Assembly: GCA_022827095.1 (NCBI GenBank)
Contig: JAJDTP010000021.1
Location: 130,771-194,770, forward strand
Length of the DNA: 64,000 nt
Direction: 5' to 3'
Origin: Dehalococcoidia bacterium
GTDB taxonomy: Bacteria; Chloroflexota; Dehalococcoidia; Lucifugimonadales; UBA3495
Positions 25,194 to 34,725 of this stretch are shown in pieces; position 1 is the first letter of the stretch, and every line of letters begins with the position of its first letter. The position numbers and the translations under genes were made by a program. The notes below the pieces were generated by a model that ran no database searches, was not told where the DNA came from, and worked only from the letters and a program-made list of their open reading frames with translations.

Positions 25194-25302
25194 TCATTGC
25201 GAGCGAAGCGCGGCAATCTCGTTGGGGCAAGGAACGCTACTGCGGGAACAAGATCGCCACGTCGCTGCGCTCCTAGCGATGACAAAATGGATACGCGTGA
25301 GC
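25193..25302 (+). repeat. Palindromic repeat family 1, copy A
   Basis: gtcattgcgagcgaagcgcggcaatctcgtt...gatcgccacgtcgctgcgctcctagcgatgac followed by the tail aaaatggatacgcgtgagc. Same architecture as 27077..27187. Confidence 0.85.
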
Positions 25303-25330
25303 AACCGACCCCGCTTTCGAAGGATTAGAA

Positions 25331-27037
25331 ATGTATAACCATGCGCCGGTGGAGAGTGTCGCCGAGGCTTACCTGGAGTTGCTGGCCTCCCGCGGGATCG
25401 ATTATTTCTTCGGCAACGGCGGGACCGATTTCGCGCCCATCATCGAGGCCTACGCCAAGCGACAGGTGCAGGAACTGCCGTCACCGCATCCCATCCCGGT
25501 GCCCCACGAGGTCACCGCCGTCAGCATGGCCCACGGCTACACGATGATCACCGGCCGCCCGCAGGTGGTCATGGTGCATACCGTTCCCGGCACCGCCAAC
25601 GCCATCGGCGGCATCGTCAACGCCGCCCGCTCCAATGTACCCATGCTTTTCAGTGCCGGCCGGACGCCCATCACGGAGGGAGACGCCCGGGGCTCCCGCG
25701 ACGGCAGCATCCACTGGGCGCAGGAGTCCTTCGACCAGGCGGCCATGGTGCGCGAGTGGGTCAAGTGGGACTACGAACTGCGCCACGGCGCCGACCTGGA
25801 GAGCCTGGTCGACCGCGCTTTCGCCATCGCCGAATCCCCGCCGGCCGGGCCGGTGTACCTGACCTTGCCCCGGGAGGTGCTGGCGGAGGAGATCGACGGC
25901 CTGTCGTACCAAGACGCTTCCCGTCAACGGAAGGCCGGCGACCGCCTGCCCACACCCGAAGCCATTGGTCAGGCCGCCCGCGCGTTGGCCGCCGCGCGCA
26001 ATCCCATCCTGGTCACCCGCGGCGGCGGCAAAGACCCCAGGACTGTTGCTCCGCTGGTGGAACTGGCCGAACTGCTGGGCATGGCGGTGTTCGAGTCGGG
26101 AGCGCTGTACGCCAACTTCCCCAGGAACCACGCCCTGTACGCCGGGTCTGACGTTGGTCCGGCGCTGGCCGATGCGGATGCGGTGGTGGTGCTGGAAGCC
26201 GACGTGCCCTGGACGCCCAAGCGCCATCAGCCGGCCGAAGGAAGCATCGTAATCGGCATTGGCGATGATCCGCTCTTTTCCAGCTATCCGGTGCGCGGGT
26301 TCCAGGTCGACCTGAACCTCGCCGGCACGCCCCGGTTGGTCCTCCAGGCGTTGGTGGATGCCATCAGCGAGATTGGGGTTGACGCGGTGGCCGTCAAAAA
26401 GCGCACCGATGAGTGGGAACGTCGCAACGACGAGATGCGCGCCGGCTGGCTCCGGCAGGCCCAAGCCGCCAGCGATCAGACCCCCATCAGCAAGTCGTGG
26501 TTCACCCGGTGCCTGTCCGACGTGCTGGACGACGACTCCATCGTGCTGAACGAATTGGGCATCGACGCCGTGCAAATCAACATCAGGAGGCCGGGAACAT
26601 TTTTCGGCGTTCCGGTATCCGGCGGCCTGGGCTGGGGGATTGGCGCGGCGCTGGGCGCGAAGCTGGCCGACCGGGACCGTACCGTCATCTGCTGCGTCGG
26701 CGACGGGTCGTACATCTTCGGTTCCGGTACCGCCGGGCACATCGTGTCCGAGGCCCAGGGACTGCCCATCCTGACCATCGTGTGGAACAACGGCATCTGG
26801 AACGCCGTACAGAGCGCCACCCGGGGCACCTACGCCGACGGCTACGCGGTGCAGACCAACAACTTCGCGGTTACGACGCTGTCCCAGTCCTTCCAGTACG
26901 AGCTGATCTGCCAGGCGGCCGGCGGCTACGGAGAGCGGGTCGAAGATCCCGCGGACGTGCCGGCCGCGCTGGAACGCGCCCTGCACTCAGTGCGCCACGA
27001 AAAGCGCCAGGCCCTGCTCAACGTAATCGGTCAGTAG
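25331..27037 (+). CDS. Thiamine-diphosphate-dependent enzyme (acetolactate synthase large subunit / sulfoacetaldehyde acetyltransferase-like)
   Basis: N-terminal GIDYFFGNGGTDFAP, and a C-terminal TPP-binding GDGSYIFG...NNG motif. Confidence 0.85.
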   Translation: MYNHAPVESVAEAYLELLASRGIDYFFGNGGTDFAPIIEAYAKRQVQELPSPHPIPVPHEVTAVSMAHGYTMITGRPQVVMVHTVPGTANAIGGIVNAARSNVPMLFSAGRTPITEGDARGSRDGSIHWAQESFDQAAMVREWVKWDYELRHGADLESLVDRAFAIAESPPAGPVYLTLPREVLAEEIDGLSYQDASRQRKAGDRLPTPEAIGQAARALAAARNPILVTRGGGKDPRTVAPLVELAELLGMAVFESGALYANFPRNHALYAGSDVGPALADADAVVVLEADVPWTPKRHQPAEGSIVIGIGDDPLFSSYPVRGFQVDLNLAGTPRLVLQALVDAISEIGVDAVAVKKRTDEWERRNDEMRAGWLRQAQAASDQTPISKSWFTRCLSDVLDDDSIVLNELGIDAVQINIRRPGTFFGVPVSGGLGWGIGAALGAKLADRDRTVICCVGDGSYIFGSGTAGHIVSEAQGLPILTIVWNNGIWNAVQSATRGTYADGYAVQTNNFAVTTLSQSFQYELICQAAGGYGERVEDPADVPAALERALHSVRHEKRQALLNVIGQ

Positions 27038-27076
27038 GCCGCCCTACCCTGACGAGTACCCCGTTTTGCTCGAGTT

Positions 27077-27187
27077 GTCATTGCGAGCGCAGCGCGGCAA
27101 TCTCGTTGCGACAACAGACGCCGGCTCTGTGAACGAGATCGCCGCGTCGCTGCGCTTCTCGCGATGACAAATTGGATACGCGTGAGC
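27077..27187 (+). repeat. Palindromic repeat family 1, copy B
   Basis: gtcattgcgagcgcagcgcggcaatctcgtt...aacgagatcgccgcgtcgctgcgcttctcgcgatgac followed by the tail aaattggatacgcgtgagc. Same orientation as copy A. Confidence 0.85.
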
Positions 27188-27421
27188 CGCGAGACCGCGT
27201 TGACGCCGCCGCTGGCGCTCGGTATCATTCGTCGCCGTATGTGCAGCGCGGGTTCCGGATTCACTTGAACGCTTTGCCGACCACTCCGGGTTGAGTGGTG
27301 GGCGGGTGCATCGTGCGCCGGGTGAGTAACTGATCCCCTTTGTCGCTGCGTGCGCGTTTCCCGTCTTACTCGTATCAATGGCGTCTGACGACGCCTCCTG
27401 ACGAATGATGGTGAAACGGAC

Positions 27422-28315
27422 ATGTTACATAACCTCCTGGCGCGAACGGTCGCGGTCTTTGCACTGATCTCAGCCCTTCTGGCGGTAGCCGCCTGCGCTG
27501 AAGAAGAAAAGCCCGTTCTCTTTCTGGGCGGCATTCCCGACCAGGATGTCGCCGTCCTGGAAGCTCGCTTCAACCTCCTTGCCGAGCACATCAGCGAGGA
27601 AACCGGAGTCCCCGTCCGTTACCTGCCTTCCCAGTCCTACGCCGCCCTGGTGACGGGATGGGACAACAACGACGTCCAGCTGGCGTGGTACGGCGGCCTG
27701 ACCGGAGTGCAGGCGCGTCTCGCGGTCCCCGGCTCCGACGCCGTCGCCCAGCGCAGCACCGACGAAAACTTTACGTCCGTATTCGTCGCCGCGCCCGATT
27801 CCGGCATATCGTCCCTCGCTGATCTCAACGGTCGCACGTTCACTTTCGGCAGCGAGAGCTCGACCTCCGGCAACCTGATGCCCCGCTATTTCCTAGGCCA
27901 GGAGGGGATCGTGCCGGAGACCGACTTCAAGAGCGTGGCCTACAGCGGCTCCCACGACGCCACCTGGAAGCAGGTGGAAGCCGGCGCGGTCGAGGCCGGC
28001 GCCCTCAACGCCAACGTGTGGAAAACCCGCGTGGAGCAGGGCGACGTTGACACCTCCCGGGTCACCGCCTTCTACACCTCCCCCGGCTACGTCGACTACC
28101 ACTGGGTGGTCCGACCGGGGCTCGACGAGGTCTACGGCTCCGGGTTCACGCAGCGTTTGGTTGACGCCGTGCTCAAGCTGAACTCCGCCAACGGTGGGCG
28201 TGACCAGGAAATCATGAACGCTTTCCAGGCCGACCGGTTCATTCCTACTTCCAATGAAAACTACCTCCCCATCGAAAATATCGCCCGCGACCTCGGCCTC
28301 ATCTCCGAACAGTAG
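27422..28315 (+). CDS. phnD: PhnD-like ABC transporter substrate-binding protein (phosphonate/phosphite family)
   Basis: Signal plus lipobox-like LLAVAAC. LGGIPDQD, AWYGGLTGV and FGSESSTSG. Confidence 0.7.
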   Translation: MLHNLLARTVAVFALISALLAVAACAEEEKPVLFLGGIPDQDVAVLEARFNLLAEHISEETGVPVRYLPSQSYAALVTGWDNNDVQLAWYGGLTGVQARLAVPGSDAVAQRSTDENFTSVFVAAPDSGISSLADLNGRTFTFGSESSTSGNLMPRYFLGQEGIVPETDFKSVAYSGSHDATWKQVEAGAVEAGALNANVWKTRVEQGDVDTSRVTAFYTSPGYVDYHWVVRPGLDEVYGSGFTQRLVDAVLKLNSANGGRDQEIMNAFQADRFIPTSNENYLPIENIARDLGLISEQ

Positions 28316-29066
28316 CCGCCCGGCCATCCTGATCGATGGCGCGGGCAAGACCTACGGCGACGTCGAGGCCGTTCGCCCGATCTCGTTGACCATCGAGCCG
28401 GGCGAGACGGTGGCGCTGCTCGGGCCCAGCGGCAGCGGCAAAACCACCCTGCTGTCCATGATGGCCGGCGAACTGGAGCCGTCCCAAGGATCCATCCACC
28501 TGCGCGGCAAGAACCTGGCCGACCTGCATCCCGGCCGTGAACTCTCTCGCGAAGTGGGCATGATCCACCAGCAATACGACCTCGTCCCCAACCTGTCGTC
28601 CCTGCAGAACGTGCTGGCCGGCCGTTTGGGCGATTGGGGGCTTCTCAAGTCGGTGATCTCGTTGGTGTGGCCCCAGGATCGGCAGGTGGGCTTGACCGCC
28701 CTGGAACAAGTGGGTGTCGTGGACCGCGCGCGGGTGCGGGCCGGCTTCCTTTCCGGCGGCGAGCAACAGCGGATAGCGGTGGCTCGCCTGCTGGTGCAGG
28801 ACCCCGCCATCATCATCGCCGACGAACCGGTTTCGTCCCTGGACCCGGCCCGCGCCGAAGAGGTGATGGGTATCCTGAGCGAATCCGCCCGCCAGGCCGG
28901 CAAAACCCTGGTGGCCTCCGTCCATTCCACCGACGTCGCGCGAACCTACTTCGGGCGCCTGATCGGCCTTCGCAACGGTGGACGCGAATTCGACCTTCCA
29001 TCCCATCTGGTCACCGACGATCAACTGGACGCCCTCTACACGCTGGAGGGCCTCCAGGATGAATGA
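28254..29066 (+). CDS. phnC: PhnC-like ABC transporter ATP-binding protein
   Basis: GPSGSGKTTLL, LSGGEQQRIAVARLL and IIIADEPVSSLDP. The start is uncertain and overlaps phnD by 62 nt. Confidence 0.8.
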   Translation: MKTTSPSKISPATSASSPNSSRPAILIDGAGKTYGDVEAVRPISLTIEPGETVALLGPSGSGKTTLLSMMAGELEPSQGSIHLRGKNLADLHPGRELSREVGMIHQQYDLVPNLSSLQNVLAGRLGDWGLLKSVISLVWPQDRQVGLTALEQVGVVDRARVRAGFLSGGEQQRIAVARLLVQDPAIIIADEPVSSLDPARAEEVMGILSESARQAGKTLVASVHSTDVARTYFGRLIGLRNGGREFDLPSHLVTDDQLDALYTLEGLQDE

Positions 29067-29868
29067 CCGCGCCCACGAGGGGTCCCTGGGCGGGCGTGGT
29101 GCGCTGACTGCAATATTGCTGATCGCTTTCGCGGTCAGTCTGGTGGGCGTCGGGTGGGAAGACGGCCTGCTCAATTCCGGCGGCCTCCGCGCCGTCGGGC
29201 AGATCGTCGCCGCCGCGATTCAGCCCCAACTGACCCTGGATGTCCTGTCCATCGGCGCCCGTTCCACTTGGACCACCCTCGCCTACGCCTGGGCCGGTAT
29301 GACCGTAGCGTTGGTCATCGGGCTGCCCCTGGGCATCATCGGCTCCGGGACCCTGGTTCGTTCCCCCTGGGCTCGCCGGTGGAACATCTCGTTCGCCCGC
29401 TTTGCGTTGGCGGTGTTCCGCGCCATCCACGAGCTGGTTTGGGCCTGGCTCTTCGTCGCCGCCCTGGGATTGTCGCCCATGGCTGGCGTGCTCGCTCTGG
29501 GGTTGCCCTACGGAGGCATCCTGGGCCGGATCTACGCCGAGCTGCTCCAGGACGTTCCCGACGCTCCCCTGCGCGCCCTGCGCGGAGCCGGTGCGTCCGA
29601 ATGGCGCGTCTTCTGGTTCGGCCGGCTTCCCATGGCCCTGCCCGACATGCTCAGCTATACCTTTTACCGTCTGGAATGCGGCATCCGGTCCGCCGCCATC
29701 CTGAGCTTCGTGGGTTTGGGCGGCCTCGGCCACAACATCCACATCTCTCTACAGGACATCGACTACAGCCGGATGTGGACCTTCGTTTATTTCCTGATCG
29801 CGCTGGTGCTGGTTGTGGACCTGTGGAGCTCGTTGGTCCGCCGCCGCGTCGCCATCGAGCAGGGTTAG
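29059..29868 (+). CDS. phnE: PhnE-like ABC transporter permease 1
   Basis: ATG 29059 overlaps the phnC stop. Multi-TM protein with an EAA-like loop (LRGAGASEWRVFWFGRLP). Confidence 0.75.
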   Translation: MNDRAHEGSLGGRGALTAILLIAFAVSLVGVGWEDGLLNSGGLRAVGQIVAAAIQPQLTLDVLSIGARSTWTTLAYAWAGMTVALVIGLPLGIIGSGTLVRSPWARRWNISFARFALAVFRAIHELVWAWLFVAALGLSPMAGVLALGLPYGGILGRIYAELLQDVPDAPLRALRGAGASEWRVFWFGRLPMALPDMLSYTFYRLECGIRSAAILSFVGLGGLGHNIHISLQDIDYSRMWTFVYFLIALVLVVDLWSSLVRRRVAIEQG

Positions 29869-29872
29869 GCTC

Positions 29873-30772
29873 ATGGCAGCACAATACGGCCGGGGGGAAC
29901 CGGTAGCCCGCGGCGGAGCCACCGCGCCCATCGCTCCCGCGCGTCGTATTGGATTCCTTGCCGCCTCCGCCGCCATCGCCTTCTTGATGGCGGTGGCCGC
30001 GTGGGTGACGATCCTCGGCAACGACCACTTCCCGACCCGGAACCTGTTTTCGCTTGAACCCGTCTTCAGGGCTGCGGACTTCGCCGGCGGTCTGATCGGC
30101 GCCGAATCTTCTACCACCCCCGCCTTCTACAAAGCGGAAGAGTGGGTAGAAAAAGCGCGTCTGGCCGGCGAAACCCTCGCCATGAGCGTTGCCGCTGCCG
30201 GGCTGGCGGGCCTGGGAGCCTTGGCGCTGTTCATGTTCGGTGCGCGCAACGTGATGATGGGCAGCCTCGCGCCCTACCGTTCCCCCTTCTGGACGGCCCC
30301 TTTCTTCCTGGTGCGCGCGTTGTTCACCGTCACGCGAGCCGTCCCGGAACTGGTCTGGGCCATGATCCTCGTCTTTGTCTTCACCCAGGGCACACTGCCC
30401 GGCGTGACCGCCCTTGCCGTCCACAATGGCGGCATCCTGGGCAAGCTGGGATCCGAAATAGTGGAAGGGCTGGACACCCGTCCGATGCGGGCGCTCCGTT
30501 CCACCGGCGCCGGCCGGATGCAGGTGCTGCTCTACGGCGTGCTCCCGGAGGCTCTGCCCAAGTTCATCACCTACCTCTTCTACCGCTGGGAGGTGATTAT
30601 CCGCACCACCATCGTGGTCGGGTTCGTCGCCGCCGGCGGCCTCGGAACCGAATTCCGCCTGGCCATGAGCCACTTCAAATTCACCGAGGTCACCCTCATC
30701 CTCTTCTGGTACCTGGTGCTGGTCCTGTTCGTGGACATCGTCTCCGCGCAACTGCGCCGGCTGGCCAATTGA
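29873..30772 (+). CDS. phnE: PhnE-like ABC transporter permease 2
   Basis: ATG 29873 lies 5 nt after the previous stop. LRSTGAGRMQVLLYGVLPEALP. Confidence 0.75.
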   Translation: MAAQYGRGEPVARGGATAPIAPARRIGFLAASAAIAFLMAVAAWVTILGNDHFPTRNLFSLEPVFRAADFAGGLIGAESSTTPAFYKAEEWVEKARLAGETLAMSVAAAGLAGLGALALFMFGARNVMMGSLAPYRSPFWTAPFFLVRALFTVTRAVPELVWAMILVFVFTQGTLPGVTALAVHNGGILGKLGSEIVEGLDTRPMRALRSTGAGRMQVLLYGVLPEALPKFITYLFYRWEVIIRTTIVVGFVAAGGLGTEFRLAMSHFKFTEVTLILFWYLVLVLFVDIVSAQLRRLAN

Positions 30773-30803
30773 TTGAAATACCGGCGAGACCGAGCAGCGA
30801 CAG

Positions 30804-30828
30804 GAGGGCGGTCAGCGTGACCGCCCTC
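30804..30828. terminator. Perfect 11-bp hairpin between convergent genes
   Basis: gagggcggtca-gcg-tgaccgccctc. There is no clear U-tract. Confidence 0.45.
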
Positions 30829-30859
30829 GGACTCTCTGGCCGCTGGTTGCGTGGCGTAA

Positions 30860-31813
30860 TTACTCCGCGTCTGGATGCGTCGTGATGAACCGCGCCGCGC
30901 GTTCCGGATCAACCTGCGGCGCGCGCACTTCCACGCCGGCCTGTTCCTCCTGCAGCCGCACGGTGCTGCTGCTGTCAGCCTGCCCCCAGCCGCGATTCAT
31001 CGCCTGCAGCGAGATCTGCTGCGCCAGCGTCGACATCGGCATCGGGACGTCGTACTCCCGCGCCAACTCCGTCGCCAGCGATATGTCCTTGTGCGCCAGG
31101 TTCAACGCAAAACTCGCCGGCTCAAACTCCCCGCGGAACATCGTCCTCACCAATCCCTCGTGGAGGAAGGACATCCGGCCCAGCGCTCCGCGCCGAACGC
31201 ATTCCCACAGTGGTTCGGGATCCACACCCGCCTTCACGCCCAGCGTGAGTCCCTCCGCGATGGCCTGCCTCACGCTGTGACCGATCATGTTGTGCACCAA
31301 CTTCGCCACGCTCCCAGCGCCGATCTCGCCAGCGTAGAACACCTTGTCGCCAAAGGCGTCCAATATCGGCTTCACCCGGTCGAACACCTCCCGGTCGCCT
31401 CCTACCATCACCGCCAGGTTCCCCGACGCCGCGCCCGTCTTCCCGCCACTTACCGGCGCGTCCAGCACGTGGCAGCCCTTCGCCCGGAACTGCGGCTCGA
31501 TCTCCCGGATCAGGGTCGGCCGGCTCGACGACAGGTCGATGTAAACGCTGCCCGGCTTGATCCCCTCCAGCACTCCCGAGGCGCCGGTGGACACCGCCTC
31601 CACTTCGTAAGGTCCCGGCAACGACGTGAAGGTCACATCGCTGGCCTCGGCCACCTCCGCCGGCGTGTTTGCCAGCCGCGCCCCGCCCTCAAGCAAGGGC
31701 AGCGCCGCTTCCTCCCTGAGATCGTAGACGATCATCGGGTAGCCGGCCCGCTGAATGTTGGCGGACATCCCGCCGCCCATGTTTCCCAGACCAATGAATC
31801 CCACAGTTTCCAT
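30860..31813 (-). CDS. NAD(P)-dependent 3-hydroxyisobutyrate dehydrogenase-family oxidoreductase
   Basis: VGFIGLGNMGGGMS, DAPVSGG and a KD...A region. Confidence 0.85.
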   Translation of the reverse strand: METVGFIGLGNMGGGMSANIQRAGYPMIVYDLREEAALPLLEGGARLANTPAEVAEASDVTFTSLPGPYEVEAVSTGASGVLEGIKPGSVYIDLSSSRPTLIREIEPQFRAKGCHVLDAPVSGGKTGAASGNLAVMVGGDREVFDRVKPILDAFGDKVFYAGEIGAGSVAKLVHNMIGHSVRQAIAEGLTLGVKAGVDPEPLWECVRRGALGRMSFLHEGLVRTMFRGEFEPASFALNLAHKDISLATELAREYDVPMPMSTLAQQISLQAMNRGWGQADSSSTVRLQEEQAGVEVRAPQVDPERAARFITTHPDAE

Positions 31814-31886
31814 AACGTCACCTGCTCAAAAAATTGGGTTCGCAGCCGCAGTATATCGCACGGGAAACGGCCGAATTCGCGCTAAA

Positions 31887-31895
31887 TGCTATAAT
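31887..31895 (+). promoter_or_regulatory. Extended -10 element (TGCTATAAT) for tRNA-Gln
   Basis: TGCTATAAT ends 9 nt before the tRNA 5' end. Confidence 0.5.
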
Positions 31896-31904
31896 GAAAG
31901 CGAA

Positions 31905-31978
31905 TGCCCCGTGGTGTAGCGGTAGCACGTCAGCCTTTGGAGCTGTAAGCCCTGGTTCGAACCCAGGCGGGGCAGCCA
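31905..31978 (+). tRNA. tRNA-Gln (anticodon UUG), CCA encoded
   Basis: Hand-folded cloverleaf with U1-A72 and G73, anticodon loop CUUUGGA, and T arm CCTGG-TTCGAAC-CCAGG. Confidence 0.9.
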
Positions 31979-32000
31979 AATGAGCTGCGCCAAAAGACTT

Positions 32001-32030
32001 GGGCGACCCATCGGTCGCCCTTATTTGTTG
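32001..32030. terminator. Bidirectional terminator hairpin (tRNA-Gln / P450)
   Basis: gggcgacc-catc-ggtcgccc followed by ttatttgttgttt. On the other strand it is followed by tctttt. Confidence 0.6.
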
Positions 32031-33421
32031 TTTCGTCGTTCCAGGAAAATGGGCATCCCGCCCTTGGGGCGGAGCGAAATCAGCGGCAGCATCTCCGCCT
32101 TGTGCTTCGGGTCGTGCCGAACCTTCCACTGCTGCCCCAGCGTCGCCAGGATCATCTTGGCTTCCATCATCGCGAAGCCCTCCCCGATGCATTGGCGCGG
32201 CCCGCCTCCGAAGGGGTAGTAGGCGTAGCGAGGCAGGCTTTCCCGGAACTCTTCCGTCCAGCGCTCGGGACGAAACGCCAGGGGTTCGTCGAACCACCGC
32301 GCGTCACGCTGGATCACCAGTTGCGGCGCGGCCAGCAGCGCTCCCGGCGGGATGTGATACCCGCCCAGCTCGAAGGGTTGGAACGCCATCCGCGACCAAA
32401 ACCAGATCGGCGGGTAGAGCCGCAGCGATTCCGCAAGCAGCTTGTCCGTGTAGGTCAGGTTCCCCAGGTCCGACAACTCCGGCGCCCGGCCGCCGAGAAC
32501 GTCATCCAACTCCGCGTGGAAAAGGCGCTGCGCGTCGGGGTTAGTCGCCAGCAGGTACCAGGTCCACGTGAGACACACCGCCGTCGTTTCATGCCCGGCG
32601 GCAAACATCGTGATCGTCTGGTCGCGCACCTGTTGGTCTGTCAGTGGCTGTCCAACGCCCTCATCATCCTCCAGCCGGGCGTCCAGCAACAGGGAAAGCA
32701 GATCGTCCTCGCCGGTCGATCTCTGCCGCCGCTGGGAAATCAGCCCGAAAATGATGCGATCAAGTTCCGCCCGCGCCCGTCGGAACCGCACCGTGTACGG
32801 AACCGGCAGTCGGTGCATCAGCCGCCGCAGCTTGGGCGGCTGGTTCACCCGTCTGACCAGATAGTTGTTGATCAGCTCGAACGCCTCGCCGATCCGTCGC
32901 ACGTCATCCGGGAGTTCCAGCCCAAACAGCGTTTTGACCACGACCCGCAGGGTGAGCGCTCCCATCTCCCGGGCCATGTCCACCCGTTGCCCGTCGCGCC
33001 ACGCCTCCCGGTGATGCGCAGCGTAATCGCGCATTAACTCGCCGTAACCTTCGACCCTGCCCCGGTGGAACTGCGGTTGCATCAGCCGGCGCTGTTGGAG
33101 GTGCTCCACCGGCCCAGCGGTTACCAGCCCTTCGCCCATCGCGTACTTGAGCACGTCGGTGTTGGGGCCCCGGCCCACCAGCCGGTGGTTCGTGACCACG
33201 ACGTCCCGTATCAGGTCAGGGTGGTTGACCATCAACAACAGGGCCGGCTTGACCGACAGCGTCACCAGATCGCCGTACCGCGCCGAATCCAGCATGAACC
33301 GGATCGGGTCGCGGACATAACGCAGAGTCTGCCCGATGACGGGCAACTCGGGCGGACCGGGCGGCAAGTCCGCCCGATCCACCACCGGACGCGGCGGATA
33401 TGTCACCGTGGACGTCGTCAT
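32021..33421 (-). CDS. Cytochrome P450
   Basis: Heme-binding FGGGPRQCIGEGFA, an ExxR-type (ESLR) motif, and AGHETT in the I-helix. Confidence 0.9.
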   Translation of the reverse strand: MTTSTVTYPPRPVVDRADLPPGPPELPVIGQTLRYVRDPIRFMLDSARYGDLVTLSVKPALLLMVNHPDLIRDVVVTNHRLVGRGPNTDVLKYAMGEGLVTAGPVEHLQQRRLMQPQFHRGRVEGYGELMRDYAAHHREAWRDGQRVDMAREMGALTLRVVVKTLFGLELPDDVRRIGEAFELINNYLVRRVNQPPKLRRLMHRLPVPYTVRFRRARAELDRIIFGLISQRRQRSTGEDDLLSLLLDARLEDDEGVGQPLTDQQVRDQTITMFAAGHETTAVCLTWTWYLLATNPDAQRLFHAELDDVLGGRAPELSDLGNLTYTDKLLAESLRLYPPIWFWSRMAFQPFELGGYHIPPGALLAAPQLVIQRDARWFDEPLAFRPERWTEEFRESLPRYAYYPFGGGPRQCIGEGFAMMEAKMILATLGQQWKVRHDPKHKAEMLPLISLRPKGGMPIFLERRNNK

Positions 33422-33470
33422 GGCGAGGCTCGCGAACTGGCTGCCCGGCGGCTCTCCGGAGGGAGAGAGG

Positions 33471-33809
33471 CTAACCGTCCAGCGGTATGGTAGCGGTCAA
33501 ACGCGGCGTGTCGCCCACCGCCCGGGTCGTGTGTCCCTGTCCGGTCAGATCCTCCGCCAGTGTCACGTGACCTGCTCCGAACCGGTGCACCGAACCGTCG
33601 CCCAGCCCGATTTCCACCTCGCCTTCCAGCGTGATGACAAACTGGCGTCGCGGGGCGCAGTGCCAGTCGCTGAAACGACCCGGCTCGACCCGCCGGAAAA
33701 CGATCCCCTGCGCTGCCTGCATCGCCTCATACTCCGGATGCGATTCCAGTTCGATTTGCTCAATGTGCGACTGCCCGTCTTCGCCCGTGTAAAGCCTCAT
33801 GATCGGCAT
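33471..33809 (-). CDS. Cupin domain protein
   Basis: 112 aa. H.APRRQFVITLEGEVEIGLGDGSVHRFGAGHV has the cupin barrel pattern. Confidence 0.65.
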   Translation of the reverse strand: MPIMRLYTGEDGQSHIEQIELESHPEYEAMQAAQGIVFRRVEPGRFSDWHCAPRRQFVITLEGEVEIGLGDGSVHRFGAGHVTLAEDLTGQGHTTRAVGDTPRLTATIPLDG

Positions 33810-34107
33810 AGTGGCCCTCCCATTCGTGTTGATCTCGTATCCTGCTCAGCACAATTCTACCAAAATACGCCCGACTATCACCCCGTGACCGCTCCAAAAC
33901 GCAACCCGCCGCCGGGCTTGTGTCGCCAGTAATCAGCCTGCGCAGCAATGCCGGGCCGTCAAAATCTCCGACTCACTCTAACGCCCCCGCAGCGCTTGGC
34001 ATCGGAGCCTCTGCGACCTCCCCCTTTGAACGTGTTCGCTTACGTTTCAGTTGACCGATGTTTACTGCCTTGTTAGAATGCCCGGCAGTCTATTAATTCG
34101 GGCGGTC

Positions 34108-34725
34108 ATGCTTACAATCGGTCTAACGGGCGGTATTGGAAGTGGCAAAAGCGTAGTTGCCGAGCTACTCCGAGCGCAGGGCGCTTCGATTATCGACGCC
34201 GACAGGCTGGGCCACGAGGCTTACGCTCCGAACTCCGAAGCTTGGCGCCAGGTCGTTGCAGCCTTTGGAGAGGACATTCTAACCACGGAAGGCGAAATCG
34301 ATCGGCGCAAACTCGGCTCCATAGTGTTCGCTGACCCGGCACAACTCGAGCGGCTCAACGGCATCATGCATCCGCTGATGGCTCGAATGGTCGAGGACCG
34401 CAAAACTGGCCTCGCTGCCGACGGCGTTGAGGTTGCGGTGGTGGAAGCTGCGGTGCTCTTCGAAGCGGGTTGGGATAAGCTGGTCGACGAAGTCTGGTCC
34501 ACCCACACCCCGGCCGACATGGTCGTAGAACGCCTGCGTCAACGCAACGGAATGACCGAAGAGGAAGCCAGAAAGCGAATCAACTCGCAGATGCCGGCCG
34601 AAGAACGCAACGGGCGTTCCGACGTGGTGGTCGAAAACTCCGCCGATTTGGTCGCATTGGAAAGCGAAGTGGCAGTTCTGTGGCAGGCTCGAGTCAAAGG
34701 AAAGGTAAATCAAGGCAATGGTTGA
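34108..34725 (+). CDS. coaE: Dephospho-CoA kinase
   Basis: [24 protein letters not shown], and VPLLFE-like VLFEAGW. Confidence 0.85.
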   Translation: MLTIGLTGGIGSGKSVVAELLRAQGASIIDADRLGHEAYAPNSEAWRQVVAAFGEDILTTEGEIDRRKLGSIVFADPAQLERLNGIMHPLMARMVEDRKTGLAADGVEVAVVEAAVLFEAGWDKLVDEVWSTHTPADMVVERLRQRNGMTEEEARKRINSQMPAEERNGRSDVVVENSADLVALESEVAVLWQARVKGKVNQGNG

